Below, in pieces: positions 50,663 to 51,928 of a stretch of 51,928 nt of DNA (within the stretch, counting starts at the first letter, position 1; each line of letters begins with the position of its first letter). A model generated the notes under the pieces. It worked only from the letters and a program-made list of their open reading frames with translations. It was not told where the DNA came from and did no database searches. Location: IMG/VR virus record IMGVR_UViG_3300031867_000014, positions 64,001-115,928 of that record; one strand, 5' to 3'. The translations under genes and the position numbers were made by a program. The DNA comes from a virus (taxonomy: Duplodnaviria > Heunggongvirae > Uroviricota > Caudoviricetes).

Positions 50663-51733
50663 TTAGCTCTCCTTCTTTTTACTATTACGACATTGTTTAC
50701 AAATGGAATAGAAACCATCTTTGCTTGTCTTATTAATAGAAAAGAAGCGAGAATGAGCTAACTTAACTTCACCACAGCGCGAACATTTCTTCCACTTGCC
50801 TTTTTCAACAAATGTAAAATACCATAATAGCCATTCATCTTGAGCCTTTTGCGCAATTAATTTAGGAATCTTATTACGCCAAAGACTACTAATGTATTCA
50901 ATTGAGTGAGTAAACTGAAACTCTTGTTGTAGTAATGCCTAAATTTCTACATTTTGAAGTTTATCCATTTTATATTCAATAATACGCTTATACATTGGAT
51001 AATCTTCAAGCGCACGATTTACTAAGGGCATAAAATCCATGCATAAAGCCCAGGCATCACTATCAAATTTCCCTTCGGACCTTGCTTTTAATGCAGGATA
51101 AACTTGTAAAATTTCACTAATAACTTTATAATCTAAAAATGAGATACCTTCCCAACGAATAAGTGGATTATGTTTTTCATCATATTCAACCCATTCGCGC
51201 CATGGTAAAGGAATTGATGTCTTAAGCCCTCGTGTAATTTTACTAAAGATTATTGGTTGTCTGTAAGCATTCTTAATAATATATTGGTCTTTCCGCATTT
51301 CAATGAGTGTTCGTTTGACAATAAACGCTTCACGTCCGGTAACAGTTTTCTATAATTTTTCCCATCTTTCAATACTTTCCCGCAACTGTTTAAGAAACGG
51401 GATCTCTTCAATATCTTTTTTCGTAATTGTTACTTTCGGTTGAAATATTGTATTCTTTCCATTCTCACTAATTAAATTATAAATTCCATCTTCGCCATTC
51501 TCTAACTGTTCAACCAGACCCTCATAAGATGTTTCCCGCTTATTAATCGTTGCCATACGATTAGGCGTTAACAACTTATGCTCCTTTTTCTCTTGCTTCT
51601 CCATACAAAGAACAAGATAGTCGCCGAGGATTTCGAGATACTACTCGCTTGGGTCGGGAGTTTCTGCTAAAATCTAATTTACTAACTTTAAGCGTTCTTG
51701 TGGAGAATCGATTGTATAATCTAACTTAATTAT
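50663..51733 (-). CDS. Phage protein with HTH-like segment and C-terminal Zn finger, ~356 aa; probable ATA/ATT start
   Basis: Fragments 51350 and 50939 in frame across TAG. C-terminal CSRC...CKQC. The frame stays open upstream to a GGAGGAG RBS with no ATG/GTG/TTG. Confidence 0.7.
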
Positions 51734-51786
51734 AGCAATCTCCTCCTTTTAGAATTTAGTGGTTGTTAGTTCCACTTACTACACTC

Positions 51787-51815
51787 ATTATACTGAAAAA
51801 TTTTGCGTTTGTCAA
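51787..51815 (-). promoter_or_regulatory. Consensus sigma70/SigA promoter facing the packaging/structural cluster
   Basis: TTGACA-17 nt-TATAAT, a perfect match. Confidence 0.85.
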
Positions 51816-51837
51816 GATTGGCTTTTGCCCATATTAC

Positions 51838-51866
51838 TTGAAAATCTCAAAAATAAATGATATAAT
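51838..51866 (+). promoter_or_regulatory. Divergent sigma70/SigA promoter
   Basis: TTGAAA-17 nt-TATAAT with an extended TG, followed by an AGGAG RBS. Confidence 0.7.
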
Positions 51867-51890
51867 TATTATAGAAAGTAGGAGATGACT

Positions 51891-51928
51891 ATGAAGTTAG
51901 AAAAAGTAAAGTACACTTGTCCGCAATG
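51891..51928 (+). CDS. Start of a divergent gene (partial; MKLEKVKYTCPQ...)
   Basis: Promoter and RBS precede the ATG; the ORF runs off the window end. Confidence 0.55.
   Translation, partial: MKLEKVKYTCPQ

Noticed and set aside
211..51733. Decayed prophage or pseudogene cluster explaining the fragmented ORFs
   Set aside because: Interruptions are TAG only and preserve the frame, with intact RBSs and motifs. Decay would give TAA/TGA and frameshifts.
1..51928. Suppressor tRNA, integrase, tail sheath or lysis genes
   Set aside because: None recognisable in this window. Intergenic gaps are short and hold only hairpins or promoters.

Overview
This window is the morphogenesis region of a large tailed dsDNA phage. 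Siphovirus-like morphology (no sheath gene seen) and a Bacillota host (strong GGAGG ribosome-binding sites) are inferences. Nearly all genes are on the minus strand, in the order: Zn-finger/HTH protein, putative TerS, TerL, PD-(D/E)XK nuclease, portal, prohead protease/scaffold, decoration protein, major capsid, neck genes, tail tube, giant tape measure, tail-tip/baseplate genes, fibre genes. The supplied ORF track is fragmented because the phage uses an alternative code: TAG is a sense codon, most likely Gln (code 15). ORF fragments join in frame across TAG, TAG falls at Gln-expected motif positions, and every reconstructed gene ends in TAA or TGA. Rebuilt this way, the window shows a ~4,956-aa tape measure protein and a ~2,230-aa tail-tip protein interrupted by a 322-nt ORF-less group I intron whose splice sites can be read from P1/P10 pairing. 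It also shows TAG avoidance in high-copy virion genes, a repeated candidate late-promoter motif and a probable non-canonical start codon. Functional calls rest on motif recognition and synteny only; no database searches were run.
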